Positions 1 through 11,841 of a stretch of DNA of 64,000 nt are shown piece by piece. The stretch comes from Tetramitus jugosus (lineage: Eukaryota > Protista > Heterolobosea): positions 434,001 to 498,000 of the forward strand of contig OW569361.1 in NCBI GenBank assembly GCA_937625935.1, in the 5' to 3' direction. The position numbers and the translations under genes are program-made. The notes below the pieces were generated by a model, which was not told the DNA's origin, did no database searches, and saw only the letters and a program-made list of their open reading frames with translations. Every line of letters starts with the position of its first letter. The stretch's first letter is position 1.

Positions 1-730
1 CTTTTTCTGCTGCTGCTGCTGCTACTACTGTTGTTGGTTTGTTTCTTCTAATCATAATCGATTCATCAAAATATTCACCATCAGCATCACTCTCATCCGA
101 TGCAGCATCACTGTCATAATTGTTGTCATCACCTTCGTCACCTTCATCATTTGACTCGTATTGATTTCGGTTCTTTTCCGACTCTACTTGATTCAAACTT
201 CTCATCCGATCAATCGTCTTCTTGATTCGTTTCATGGCAGAAGCAGTGGCCGAGTTTGATGATGATTTTTGTGAAATGGAAACGACTACTGGGTCCTTGT
301 TTCGATTCAATCGATCTCTTGACATTCGTTCCTTTTCCTTCTGAAGTAACATGTCATCTCTTTCTTGTTGTTTTCTCAATGAACGATCATCATGTGAGAC
401 AAAGTGTTCAATATCATTCTTTTTTGATGATGATGATTTTATTGTTGTTGTTGTTGTTGTTGGAATAGTGGATGGTGGTACAATGATGGGCCTCAACTGT
501 TGTTGTTGTTGTTGGTCATCAAATAATGTTGGTTGTTGAATCATAGGATCAGTATGACCAATCACTGGTGACGATGAAGATGACTGTTGATCAATCGTTA
601 TTTTTTGTTTGGAATTCATCTTGTTCTTTTGTGTGTATAAAATGTTACTGCGAATAAATAAAATGGCAGTCGCAGTGAATATGATGAATAGGAAGAGAAG
701 AAAGCATAGTGCATATCTCTTGGGCAACAT
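1..730 (-). CDS. 5' part of a type II membrane protein (N-terminal TM anchor + low-complexity stem); runs off the left edge
   Basis: Manual translation from ATG at 728-730: MLPKRYALCFLLFLFIIFTATAILFIRSN... stays open to base 1, with Q/T/S/D-rich tracts. Missing from the ORF track because it has no stop in the window. Confidence 0.7.
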   Translation of the reverse strand, partial: MLPKRYALCFLLFLFIIFTATAILFIRSNILYTQKNKMNSKQKITIDQQSSSSSPVIGHTDPMIQQPTLFDDQQQQQQLRPIIVPPSTIPTTTTTTIKSSSSKKNDIEHFVSHDDRSLRKQQERDDMLLQKEKERMSRDRLNRNKDPVVVSISQKSSSNSATASAMKRIKKTIDRMRSLNQVESEKNRNQYESNDEGDEGDDNNYDSDAASDESDADGEYFDESIMIRRNKPTTVVAAAAAEK

Positions 731-1124
731 GTTATCAACTACTGCAATATGGTTGTTGTTGTTGTGAAAAGATTTTTTTCACCCGAAAAAAAAATATGAT
801 ATTATCAATGATTTTTTTTGTTGTTGCTGTTGCTGTTGTTGATGTTTGTTGATGTTGACACACAACACAATTTCTGAATCGGGAAGATGTTGGGTGTATT
901 TATTTTTTTTGTTTCGTCGTGTGAGCGAATGATGTGTGAGTCGTCGTAGTTGTTGGTAAGTGTGTCGTGCTTGCTTTTTTTTATCGATTCTCGAAACACG
1001 AAATTTCAATTTTGAATAGCGATGCATATGGCTTCGAGTCGGGAGAGAAAATCTCCCCAACACTCAAAACAGGGATGACCAAAACAACAAATTTGGCGAA
1101 GAGGGTTTCGAGTTGCGTTACGAT

Positions 1125-2345
1125 TTATTTCACTTCGGCACCCTTATACTGTGAGAAGAGAATGGCTCCGGACTGAGTCTTGAAACGGTGTGTGCCATTG
1201 AAGACAACCTCTCCCTTGTCATTGGTGGAGAAGAGTGGCAAGATCTTGGAAAGTTTCTTGCTGACTTGGTTTGCTGGTGCAGGCTCTCCTTCGTGACCGT
1301 CAACAACAATTCTCTCACCAACCTTGTAAGAGTTTTCAGGAATCTTGACCAACTCGACAGCTCCAGATTGCTTATCAGTGGAGCAAACAACCATACCATT
1401 GGATGCAACACCAACCATGTTGCTTGGCTTCAAGTTGCACATGACAAGGACATCCTTGCCCAAAATGTCTTCCATGGCAATCTTGCCAACGAGACCAGAG
1501 CAAATGGTTCTTGGTTGCTCCTCACCGACATCAATCTCTTCAATCAACAACTTTTCAGCTGCTTCGTGCTTCTTGACAGACAAAACTCTGCCGATTCTCA
1601 TGTCGAGGATGGATGGACTGACTTCAGCTGGCTTCTGGTCACCTGATGCAGCAGCTGGTGCCTTCTTGGTGTCAGCCTTTTTATCATCACCACCCTTCTT
1701 GTTGTTTGCAGGAGTTGCTTGAGCAGCTGGAGCAGCGCCACCCTTTGCTTGTTGCTCAACAGCAGCAACAGGAGCAAGTGCCTTGAAAGCAAATGGCTTG
1801 TTGTTGAATGGCAATGGTTGGACCTTGTCAAACAATCCATCAATTGGCAGAGTGTGTTGCATGAAATCGAACCATCTCAACAATGCTTGATACTTGGCAA
1901 CAGTTCTGCTACTCTTGATATGGGAGTGTAGGTAGGAAAACAGGAACAAATCAGCCAATGACAGAGTCAGACCAACAAAGAAGGTATTGGCAAGGACAAT
2001 CTTGTTAAAGTATTCGAGGTGAGAAGCAGAGTCAACCTTGACTGACAAATCGCGTTGACACAAGCTGATCAATTGAGACAATTGACAGTTTTCAATAGCA
2101 GTTGGTCTTGAGACAATAGAGGCACCACTTGAGGTGATTTGTCTGTCAATGTATTGAGCAATAGTAGATGCACCAAAGAGCTTGAAAGAAGCACTGACAT
2201 TCAATTGAGCACCAGCATTGTCGTTTTGAGATGTAACTTGAACAGAAATGTTGCTCTTCTCCAATGAGGAGCGAACAAGGGAGACGTAGAGTCTGAGTGC
2301 GTTGGAAGAAGCAGAGTTATCGAGTGCAAGTTCTAATTGAGACAT
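1125..2345 (-). CDS. ARC1: Arc1p/AIMP1-like aminoacyl-tRNA synthetase cofactor (GST-C-like domain + OB-fold tRNA-binding domain)
   Basis: N-terminal GST-like (FFVGLTLSLADL, LLRWFDFMQH), Ala/Lys linker, C-terminal EMAPII/Trbp111-like LDMRIGRVLSVKKHEAAEKLLIEEIDVGEEQPRTICSGL...CNLKPSNMVGVASNGMV. Confidence 0.9.
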   Translation of the reverse strand: MSQLELALDNSASSNALRLYVSLVRSSLEKSNISVQVTSQNDNAGAQLNVSASFKLFGASTIAQYIDRQITSSGASIVSRPTAIENCQLSQLISLCQRDLSVKVDSASHLEYFNKIVLANTFFVGLTLSLADLFLFSYLHSHIKSSRTVAKYQALLRWFDFMQHTLPIDGLFDKVQPLPFNNKPFAFKALAPVAAVEQQAKGGAAPAAQATPANNKKGGDDKKADTKKAPAAASGDQKPAEVSPSILDMRIGRVLSVKKHEAAEKLLIEEIDVGEEQPRTICSGLVGKIAMEDILGKDVLVMCNLKPSNMVGVASNGMVVCSTDKQSGAVELVKIPENSYKVGERIVVDGHEGEPAPANQVSKKLSKILPLFSTNDKGEVVFNGTHRFKTQSGAILFSQYKGAEVK

Positions 2346-2456
2346 GTTTGTTTCTTGAAGCGTTGTTTGTGTGCGTTTTTAATTGCTTGTGGAGATCAAA
2401 AAGTCGGATATATTTTACAAAATTGAATGTTCATTTTGGAAGAACGGGATGGATGT

Positions 2457-3293
2457 TTACAGATACAATGAGGAGGTTGTGTTCTTGGGTAATGAACTGA
2501 CATAGTCAAACTGACCCTTCTTCTTTTTCAAGTAGGGAATACCAACAATTGGAAGGACGTACTTCTCGTAGGCAGCAACAGCAGAAACATCTAATGCGTG
2601 ATTCTCTTCCAGCGTCACGAACGAAATGGCACTCTTGTTCAACATTTGGCAATCAGACAAAACAGCAGCAGCTGCGCCGGACAACAAGTTTGGACAAGGT
2701 AGGTAACTTGGCAACACGAGCCCATTCTCATTCTTTGCGTGCTTGGATCGATCCAATTGAGTTTGAATGCAGGTGACATGAGGCACAGCAGGTATCTCAT
2801 CTGATCTATATTGGAACACTTTGAGGGAGTCAAGTACAATGACTCTTTCGCTCACATTCATGTGCTCTGACAGTAGCATACTGAACCAATTGGCATGCTT
2901 ATCATGTATCGTTTGAGTCATCTCGACAAAAACTGTTGTTTTTCCACCAGCCAAAATTGAGTAAATATTGGCAATAACAGCATTCTTCTTTCTTTCTTCA
3001 CCATTGGCATCGTATCCACTCGTGTCTTCAACAATTGTTGCTCTCAATTGTTGATGTTGCTCATTTTGCTTGCTTTGGATCAATGATTTGACAAATGTTG
3101 ATCCAGCATGATGCACTCCAATGACCAAAAAGTCACAATCAATCTTTTCATCAGGAGTGCTGCTAGATGATGATGATACATAGTGAAATGGCGTGATAGA
3201 TTCGGCATCGTTCAGAAATGCATCTTCTTCGTCGTCATATTGCTCAGCTCTGCTCCAGTCAGAGGGTATCAAGTTCATTAATCGAAAGTCCAT
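2457..3293 (-). CDS. PSMG1: Proteasome assembly chaperone 1 (PAC1/PSMG1)-like
   Basis: Acidic N-terminus (SRAEQYDDEED), VIVLDS, LPCPNLLSGAAAAVLSDCQ and C-terminal SSLYL. Start placed at ATG 3291-3293. Confidence 0.7.
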   Translation of the reverse strand: MDFRLMNLIPSDWSRAEQYDDEEDAFLNDAESITPFHYVSSSSSSTPDEKIDCDFLVIGVHHAGSTFVKSLIQSKQNEQHQQLRATIVEDTSGYDANGEERKKNAVIANIYSILAGGKTTVFVEMTQTIHDKHANWFSMLLSEHMNVSERVIVLDSLKVFQYRSDEIPAVPHVTCIQTQLDRSKHAKNENGLVLPSYLPCPNLLSGAAAAVLSDCQMLNKSAISFVTLEENHALDVSAVAAYEKYVLPIVGIPYLKKKKGQFDYVSSLPKNTTSSLYL

Positions 3294-3681
3294 GGTAATC
3301 TTTGTCTTTTGTTGTTGCTGGGTTGTTGTGTTCTCAGTGTTGTTGTTTGTGTTTTCGGTTCGCACAGAAGCTGGAGATCAGTATTTTTAGTCTCAGAATT
3401 CGCACTTTTTTTTTTACAATGAAGAACATTCAACAGACAAAAGTGTCCTGGACCTCAAAGAGCGTTCGCCCAATGAACAATTTTTTCAATTGTGGAGCAC
3501 AAGCTTTGACAATAGACTACACTCGCACGCGTGAGGTCCATTCACACTCATATCACACGAACACATAGGTTGTGTCCTTGATCATAATAGATTTTCCAAC
3601 AACAACTGTGTGACTCATTCAGCTCCAAGAGCTCAACAACAATCATAACAACAACCATCATCAAACAATCACCATAGCATC

Positions 3682-6600
3682 ATGTCGTGGCCCAATATGA
3701 ACCAACAACAACAACAACAACAGCAACAAGGGATGCTGAACAAAACTCCCATCATGTCTCCACTGTCTCCCAATCAACTGCAACAACAACAATTATTGAC
3801 TCCATCACAACAACAACAACACAATCAGAACCTTGTTCTCACATCAAAGCTATTGCGTTTGACAGTGATTGATCAAGCAAATGAGATAGACAAACAATGG
3901 ACAGCATGTCTAAAGACAGTTGATGACTTGATTGCCAATTGTACAGAAATAGAGGCAGCAAATAAGCTGCATGAGAGACTGAGCCTTGAATTCAGGAATA
4001 AGCAGGTTCATGCAGATACCTGTCTTGGATTAATGTTTGGATTCTTAATTACACCAGATTTGACCAAGGCCATATTTGTATGTTGTTTTTTTTATGTGAA
4101 ACCGTTTTTTTGTAATGGTTTTGATTGTGAGGTATACAACCATGGTTGTGATGACTGACCAATTTTTTTTTTCTGGTGTGAAACTCATTGGTGTGTTGGC
4201 CAAATGTTGCTTAGTACTGGAAATTATTGAATCATTGTGCCAGAGACGGATTTCAACTCATTTCCAATAATTTAAATCGGTTGATTCATGAAAAATTTCA
4301 CAAGTTATTGGATCTTCCATTGGAAAGAATGCTGTGGATAGTGGGTGAACTAATCAAAACAAATGCAGCTGAGGTTGAGAATGTTTGTTTGCTTTTGACG
4401 CGACAAATCTTAACCGTAAGTATATTCTTTGACATATGTGTTTTCTTGTTCTGTTGTCTTGATGATTATTCACACATGATGGTTTTTGTTGCTTGACTTG
4501 AATAGGGTGATTTTTCAAAGAGGAATATGACACTTGCTAATTCCATGCTATCCATCTTGCACGGGAATAAGAAATGGACCTACGCACACCAAAAAATACT
4601 ATGCTCCTCGGTTTATACATATTTAAGACTGATTGAAGATCAATCAACCCTCCTTAACAAGAATAGTGCGATTGTTAGCTTACGACAATGGGGAATTCAG
4701 TTTTGTACAGAAGCGATTAGAGAACGATTTTTCGATATCATAACAGTGGGCAGAGACCTCGTTCGTGTGGTATTTCAACTAGCGTTTAAGCACAAGATAC
4801 CTGAAATGGAAAGTGTTTGGAAGGAATTATTTATTAAGCCTCAACAGGCGCCAGCAGATCTCTCACCAGCTGTTCCTGAGGAGCAAAAGGTACAGGCATA
4901 CACTGGATTGCATCAAGTATTGTCTGTTCCAACTCGAGCTCGCTGTTTATCTTCGCGAGTTTCGACCGAAATGGAGAGAGAACTCAGTTTTATCATGACA
5001 AATGTCAAGATGGGAAATCAGAGACGGTATCAATTATGGTTCCAACAGAGATTTTTAAATACGCCAGAGAGTGACATGTTGATTGTTGATTTGATACGAT
5101 ACATTTGTTGTGTGTTCCATCCACCGAATCATATTCTGGCAGGAAACTTTACCACGAGGTGGGCAATGGTTGGATGGCTATTGAAGAGTCTCAAATCGCA
5201 ACAAATTGATGAGAATGCAAAATTTGCTCTGATATTCGATTGGCTCTTCTGTAACAAGAAGGAGAATGTGATGAATTTAGAACCTGCATTGCTTCTCATG
5301 GTTCACAGTATTCCAAAGTACATGGATATTACGAGTACGATACTTGAAACTATTATGCATTTCGATACAACGTCCATTATGGGTGTTCCCAAAGAGAATA
5401 TTGCTCAAAACGTGCATAGAGCCGTGGAAATATTAGTCACATCCGGTGTTGTACAATCTTTGGCGATGCTTTCTGATTGTACGAAGCTGGATCAATCATT
5501 GCGGGATAAGCTCAAGAAGCATTTCCCTCGGTTTACTCAACCACCAGCGAGTCATCCTCAGCCTCAACAAGGAGCACATCCTGTTCATTCCCCTGTGCAA
5601 CAGCCACCTAGTCCTGTGAAAGGACCACAAGTGAGAAGATTATCTGATCCACATCCAGTGAAGCCGACAGCTCCCTCCGGTTCTGTTATTCAACCACCAA
5701 CTCAACCGCAGGTCATGCACAGGCAGCCACCAATTAATCCTGTAGTTCATCATATTAAGTCTAGTACTAGCGAAGAATCTCCTCCCTATGCAAAACCTGC
5801 TTTCGAAGCTCCGACATCCCCTGTGGTAAAAGCACCACAACCAGAGGAGAGTGCTCCGAAGACAGAGGAGATACCAAAGCCTGAAATTCGCACAGAAAGT
5901 GAACAAAAGTCGACTGCTGGTGAAGGAGGTTCCATAACATCAGATATGATCGACGATAGTGAAAATTATGATGTATCAGACGATGAATCGGATAACTCTG
6001 TCCGTAATTTGCTAGACGCACTCATTCAATCTTCAACTGCTTCCAAAGGAAAATTTACAGAATTGTTTGAACAACCTTTGAAAAAGCTGGCGAGTCAACT
6101 CCTTGGAAATGTTGGAAAGAGATTCGTCGGTGATGAGCCTTCTGTTCAAACTCTGACAACAATCATGGAAACACTTGAGAAGAATTCATCTGTCAACGAA
6201 CAGATTATTCAACAATTGGCCACTGTATTAATGAAGCTATTTTCGATAGAACTTTCAGCTTCAATGTCGAGTGCTGATGTCACACCTATCAGTATTCATA
6301 ACAACATCCATGATCAACAATTTGCTCACATGCAAAGAGTTCTTCTTTTTGCAGATCAATCTCTCTTCTATATCCTGTTCGATCACATATTTAAGGTGGT
6401 GATGAGCGTGCTTTCAAACAAGGAAGAAAAGCCAGCTGCAGCGGACAGTAAGCAACCACCTACACCAAAGAAACGAATATCAAAGGAGAGTAAGCAAGCC
6501 AAGGATGTGTTAACATCATTTGTCAAACATGCCTGCATAGCAGATCCTTCTTGTGGTTATCGTGCCTTGTGCTATTGTATTCGAAAGTTATACAGCAAAA

Positions 6601-8381
6601 CTCTAGATGATGAGTCACTTCGGGAGTGTACACCAGTTACATCTTTCTACGTGTCTACCTTGCTCAACTCGTCTGTTACTCAATCGAAGGGATCTATTCT
6701 CACATTTTATGAATGGCTTCTGCATGTGAGACGGCCTGATGCAACACAAAACTCTGAACCTGTATTTATAACTGATATCAAGGCATGTATTATAGAGAAC
6801 CCACTGTTGCTGGTGAATATTTTACCCATTCTGTCTCGGGAGATGTCACAACATATTAGACGATCAAGGCTGCAGTTGTATAGATTATTGGTGAAGAATA
6901 TGTATCCTTCGTATATGCAGAATATGCTTTCTCATTTCAGGAATGGAAGAATTCAGATATTGTTCTCGAAGCAAAAACCTAAAAAACAAACAGGGACCAC
7001 TCCAGCCAACTCAACTAATTCTACTGCTTCTCCAACGTCAAACAAATTACCAAGCGTGGCTGATGCTGTAGCACTGATGGAAAAGAGTCTTCAATGGGAA
7101 GATCACTACGAACAAGACATCTTCTGGGATATACTTCACACAGAGATTTTCTATCAACAAAAGCAACAAATGCAGTTCGCATTCACTGGAGAACTCGATG
7201 TAGAGAATAAGAACACTGACAACAAAAACGAGAAGCAGAACGAAGGAAAAGTTCCATTTCAGATATTCAGCATGTCTGATTATATTGTCGGGCTCTTCTC
7301 AATTCCTGGTTTCGATGTCGGTGGTCGAAATGCACTCGATAAGGTGCAGAGACTTGTGGTTGGTGTTGCTAGTCTTTTCGATTATTTGCAGACAGTACAG
7401 GATGATGATCCTGTTCAATCATTCGAGATACTAAATTATGATGCGATCAAGACGATTCTTTCCTTGTCTCCTGCTCAATACTCCCAGTTTCCATCGAACC
7501 TCCTATTTGAATATGTTCAAGCTGTGGGAACATCTGTGTCAAGTATGCTCATTCATATTCTCAAGTTGATGGAGGATGATCAGCAAACACAAGTTAAAAA
7601 TCGAGATGATATATTAGTTCACTTGTTGAATGTGAAGTATTTGGAAATGAGCAGCGAGGGCATATTAGTGTTAAGACTATTTCAGACTGAGGACTTTATG
7701 AGACAACTGCATCACTTGACAGAGAAGTGGAAGAACAAGAAACAACAGTTCTTCATTCTATCTCAATTGATAGAGGGCCATACCCTGAAAGAAAAGCAAG
7801 AAAAAACTGCAAAAACAACGAGATCTCGTGTTGTCAAGTCTACCAATGCTGGTACCAGGAAATCAACCCGCAAGAGACGTCCAGCCTCCCGAAAGCTTCC
7901 TTGGGATGACGACGAAAGTTCTGGTGAGGAAGATTTTATAGTAAAGGACGAGGAAGTTGATGAGCCTGCTCAAGAGAGTAATGATGATGAGAATCAAGAA
8001 GAGGAAAACGAAGGAGAGAATGATGAGGAGGACAATAAGACCACGAAGAGAGGTACCACCACCTCTGTCAGACGCAGACGCATCAGAAGAAACATTGAGG
8101 ATGATGAAGATGAGGAAGAGAATGAGGAGTCCGATGACGATGAGAAAGAATCGAATGACAAGGAGCGCAACAATGGCAGTGATTCAGAAACGGAGAAGGA
8201 CAATAAGAAGAAAGCCCCGAAGAGACGGCGCACGAGAGACGAAGAGCAAGAGAATGAAGATGAAGAAGACGAGAATGGAGAAGGAGGAGACGAGGAGGAA
8301 GAGGAAGAGAGTGAAGAAGACCTCGAATCTAAATATCTCAAGAATCAATCCAGAAAGAGACGAAGGATCACAAAAAAATGA
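3682..8381 (+). CDS. INTS3: Integrator complex subunit 3 / SOSS-A
   Basis: Exons 3682-4077, 4215-4415, 4506-8381; both GT..AG introns keep frame. Motifs CARDG, VYTYLRLIEDQ, GRDLVR, VKMGNQRRYQLWFQ, DLIRYICCVFHPPN, ALIFDWL, MNLEPA, SLQWEDHYEQ; acidic/NLS tail. Confidence 0.93.
3703..3822 (+). repeat. CAA (poly-Gln) microsatellite tracts in the INTS3 N-terminus
   Basis: (CAA)n runs; similar CAA/TTG tracts recur in several genes of the window. Confidence 0.75.
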
Positions 8382-8386
8382 GCCAC

Positions 8387-8401
8387 TTTTCGGCGCGCAA
8401 A
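8387..8401 (+). promoter_or_regulatory. E2F-like motif TTTTCGGCGCGCAAA about 80 bp upstream of the AK7-like gene
   Basis: GGCGC core flanked by A/T tracts; similar motifs lie upstream of IFT144 and C2orf81-like. Confidence 0.45.
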
Positions 8402-8480
8402 TAAAAGACGACAACCGTCGCTTACGACAACTGGCATTTCTAGCAAGACTTTCTGTTTCATTGCGGCACTGTTGAACAAA

Positions 8481-10264
8481 ATGGCGAGAGTTTTTATCAA
8501 TCATGTGAATCATCTCCTCGAGGGTTATCTAGTTGAACAATTGTTGAGCCATAACGTCCAGGCAGAGAACAAGAAAAACCATGTTTACCAACAGGTCAAT
8601 GACGCTGTAGCACCAATTATGGTTGAGACTCGAACTGAAGAAGTTTTGAGTACAGATGAGACCCAACATGAGCAGTACAATTCCATTCCATTGAAAAGGT
8701 ATCGAATTATGGGCACGTTATCGAGCCAAGAACGCTTCTCTGTTGATCACTTAATGGAGTATGTCAGTTTTGTTCCTCAAAAAGATCATAAACTCTTGAA
8801 GCAATCATTACTAGATTCCGATATTGTGATCTATCGACTGTTCCAAGAATCAGATATAGAAGAGGTTCACTATGCTTTAAACTTGATTGAGAGTGCGTCG
8901 ATTGGATCACAGGTATTCATCTTGGTATCGAGTGTGGCAACCTGGTCTAATACGACTAGATTCATGCAAGAGGACAACACTTATGAACCCTATCATGAGG
9001 AATCAGCGATCACTAGGCAAGCTCTGCCCAAATTTCAAAAGTTTTTGGACCTTGAGAAGCGAGTGAGGAGAATGAATACAGACTTTTTACGTACTTTTGT
9101 TGTCTGCTCAGGAATACTTTATGGTGAAGGAGAGGAGTATCTCCATCAATTCTTTCAGGTATTGATCGTGTTGTGTATTTTCGATTTGCTAAGCAGATTA
9201 TTTGTCGGCTAACTCTCCTGTTGTAGATGGCTTCGTCACTGGATTGCCAAAAGTTACCCTGTTTTTTGAATGGAGACAATTTCTTACCTTTGGTTCATGT
9301 GCATGACGTTTGTAATGTCATCAGATTTATTATGGATCGAGTGAATACTGAGTACGAACCCCAGATTACTCAAAAATATGTATTAGCGATTGATGACTCG
9401 ATAATTACTCTTAGAGAGTTGTTATCTTCCCTCAACAAAGGGTATGGCGGCGAGGGAGAGGTGGAACATTTGACGGCAGATGAGATGTTACTTTACGATC
9501 ACGTAGACTACTTAACGTTGGACATGAAGTTCACTACTGTAACAGTCAAGAGTTGGGGAATACAATTCGAGTACACATCAGGGTTGTTGAGTCACATGGC
9601 CAGTGTTAGCGAAAAATATGAGAAGAGAAGATGCACTTTTCCATTAAGAGAAGCGTTTTCTTCTTCTCCCTTGTCTCTAAAGACGATGAGAATGATTGCA
9701 GAACGAGTAGGCACTGAACATCGGGACCAATTTATTCACCGACTTCAAGAGGAGACAGAAGAAGTAGACCCAGAATCCTTACTGAGGTTTCTAGCTCACT
9801 TAATAACCGACAAAGAATCACAATCACACAACCCTAATCCCGTTGAACAACCGATTGAGCAAGTGTACGCTCGAATTGCTGAATTTATAGGGTTACCGGC
9901 CAGCAATTACATAGAGGAGGTATTAACAGAGGAAGAGATGGAAAGGAGGCAAGAGAAAGAGCGCTTAAGGTTGGAGATAGAGAGAGTTGAACTAGAGAGA
10001 AGGGAGAACATGGAGAGACTTGAGCTTGAACGGCAGTTGGAAGAAGAGCGAGTGGATGAAATTCACCGAGAGGAGAACGAAGTTTTAAAGGTTCGATCAA
10101 AGCCATTACAACGTTACTTACTGGACAGTGTTGTACCAACTGTAATGAGGGGATTAGTGGACGTCGCACTCGTGAGACCCGATGACCCAGTGTCTCATCT
10201 AGCAAGATATATACGACAACATAATCCGATGAAAGATGTATCAAGAGATCATTTGACCGATTGA
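8481..10264 (+). CDS. AK7-like axonemal protein (extended-SDR Rossmann domain + coiled coil + Dpy-30), adenylate kinase core degenerate/deleted
   Basis: Exons 8481-9158 and 9227-10264 (intron with GCTAAC branch point). FILVSSVATWSNT, VVCSGILYGEGE, NFLPLVHVHD, YVLAIDDS, C-terminal RSKPLQRYLLDSVVPTVMRGL..RPDDPVSHLARYI. Confidence 0.85.
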
Positions 10265-10302
10265 TTTGCTTATTTACAAACAAGTTTATTTCTACCTATA
10301 GT

Positions 10303-11841
10303 TTACAAAACCAAATATCCTATCACAGCAGACAAGGCCAAAACAACAAGAGATATTGCCACAGCATTTTTGTTGCTATCATTTGGCTTTGGTGAGTGAG
10401 AGTGAGATGTACCGGGGGTAGAGCTTGGAGTGGGAGATGGACTTGAACTTGTACTTCCCGATGTTCGTGGTTGAACTGTGACTGTTGTCTGTTCTCTGTT
10501 GAGCAAAGTGAAGACATTAGCATTATAGTTGTACTTTGTGTAACTTCCCGCTTCTCCCTCTGCAATAGCCTTGTAAATATGATTCTTCTGGGTCAGAGTA
10601 TCTGGAATAAAGTTGTTCATCTCGACAGAGCTGAGACCATCTCTAATAGTGACTTCTGGAGCAAAGATACCCATTGTCTTTTGCAATTCGGGTTTGTTCA
10701 CTTCATCAAGGTACTCGAAGAAACATGTACCAATACAGCCATCAGCAACATGACTCACAATCTGCTTGTATTGCTCATTGAACCAATCAGGTGTTGCGTC
10801 TGTGATTACACTGCCCTTTTGATGCATTCCCATCTCACCAATGAACAATGGTTTGCCATACTTTTGGGAAAGTACCTTCCATCCGGGAACAGAGACGATT
10901 TCACCTTGGTCGTTCTGATAGTTTTCACCTACCCACAATGGATCAAGGATCGTGTCACGATAACCGGCATTGGTCGTGAACACGTCGACATCCAACTCCT
11001 GGGCCCACTTTTCATAGTAATCAGGATAATCAATGACAGCGTGAGTTACTGGGATCATTCTGTTGTGGAGAGCCTTTGTTCTCGTTCTGACCAACTTGAT
11101 CTTTTCATTCACCAAATTCAACAGAGTCTCGTTTGTCTTAATCTCCATCTCATTACCCAAACACCACATGAGCAGTGCCGGATGATCACCAAGCTCTGTA
11201 ACAGCAGCTTCAATGTGCTTGTTGATTCTGTCGTCGCTGCTCGTCTGAAGGAAGGTTTGATCCGTTACAATAGGAAGAATCACTTTGAATCCTGCGGCAT
11301 GTGCTGCATCGAGGAATGGAACGTGTTGAGCAGCAACATTCTTATCAATAATCGTATACTCGTTAGGGTACATGTCCAAGAAGGTCTTTGTAATCATGTT
11401 CAGATTGTAGATACGAATGGTATTGACACCCAAATCCTTCATATTCTTGAGATCTCTATCCCAAATTTCGGACCACCATGCGCGAGCGGCACCAGACGCA
11501 GTCTGAGGACCAGGTGGGAATCTAGTCTTATCAATCACACCATCAAAATAGTCACTTCCGAAGCAACCAGACTTGTACTCGCCGAACACAGTCTTCTTTG
11601 GAGAGCAGTAACCTGTTCCTTCAAAACCAGTGGATGTCATGTTCAAAATACCTAGAGGTACTGGGTTGTAAGCCACAGCCTTGATGAAAAATTCTTTGCC
11701 TTCGACATAGAGCTTCAAGTTCTTCACGAAAACATCATCAGTATAGTATGTTTGTTGGGTGGAAAAGGAGACGAATGACAAGAGAAGTACTAATGCTACA
11801 AGCACGAGTGGGAGCAGTGTTGTTTTAAGTTTTATCACCAT
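10303..11841 (-). CDS. GPI-anchored clan GH-A glycoside hydrolase, GH72 (Gas1)/GH2-TIM-barrel-like
   Basis: Signal peptide; FFIKAVAYNP, RDLKNMKDLGVNTIRIY, acid/base WCLGNE, nucleophile PLFIGEMG, FFEYLDE; Ser/Thr/Pro stalk and hydrophobic C-terminus. Confidence 0.8.
   Translation of the reverse strand: MVIKLKTTLLPLVLVALVLLLSFVSFSTQQTYYTDDVFVKNLKLYVEGKEFFIKAVAYNPVPLGILNMTSTGFEGTGYCSPKKTVFGEYKSGCFGSDYFDGVIDKTRFPPGPQTASGAARAWWSEIWDRDLKNMKDLGVNTIRIYNLNMITKTFLDMYPNEYTIIDKNVAAQHVPFLDAAHAAGFKVILPIVTDQTFLQTSSDDRINKHIEAAVTELGDHPALLMWCLGNEMEIKTNETLLNLVNEKIKLVRTRTKALHNRMIPVTHAVIDYPDYYEKWAQELDVDVFTTNAGYRDTILDPLWVGENYQNDQGEIVSVPGWKVLSQKYGKPLFIGEMGMHQKGSVITDATPDWFNEQYKQIVSHVADGCIGTCFFEYLDEVNKPELQKTMGIFAPEVTIRDGLSSVEMNNFIPDTLTQKNHIYKAIAEGEAGSYTKYNYNANVFTLLNREQTTVTVQPRTSGSTSSSPSPTPSSTPGTSHSHSPKPNDSNKNAVAISLVVLALSAVIGYLVL

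Noticed and set aside
4078-4505. TGATGA boxes in INTS3 introns as possible C/D snoRNAs
   Set aside because: No properly spaced CTGA D box or terminal stem.
7957-8513. Overlapping M/R/K-rich and Ser-rich ORFs at the INTS3 3' end
   Set aside because: Alternative frames of the GAN-rich acidic tail.
10471-11655. 394-aa antisense ORF over the GH72-like gene (also 13029-13796, 18527-19279, 42436-43056, 45519-46154, 49303-49887)
   Set aside because: Shadow frames produced by codon bias of the real genes; no motifs, and mostly non-ATG starts.
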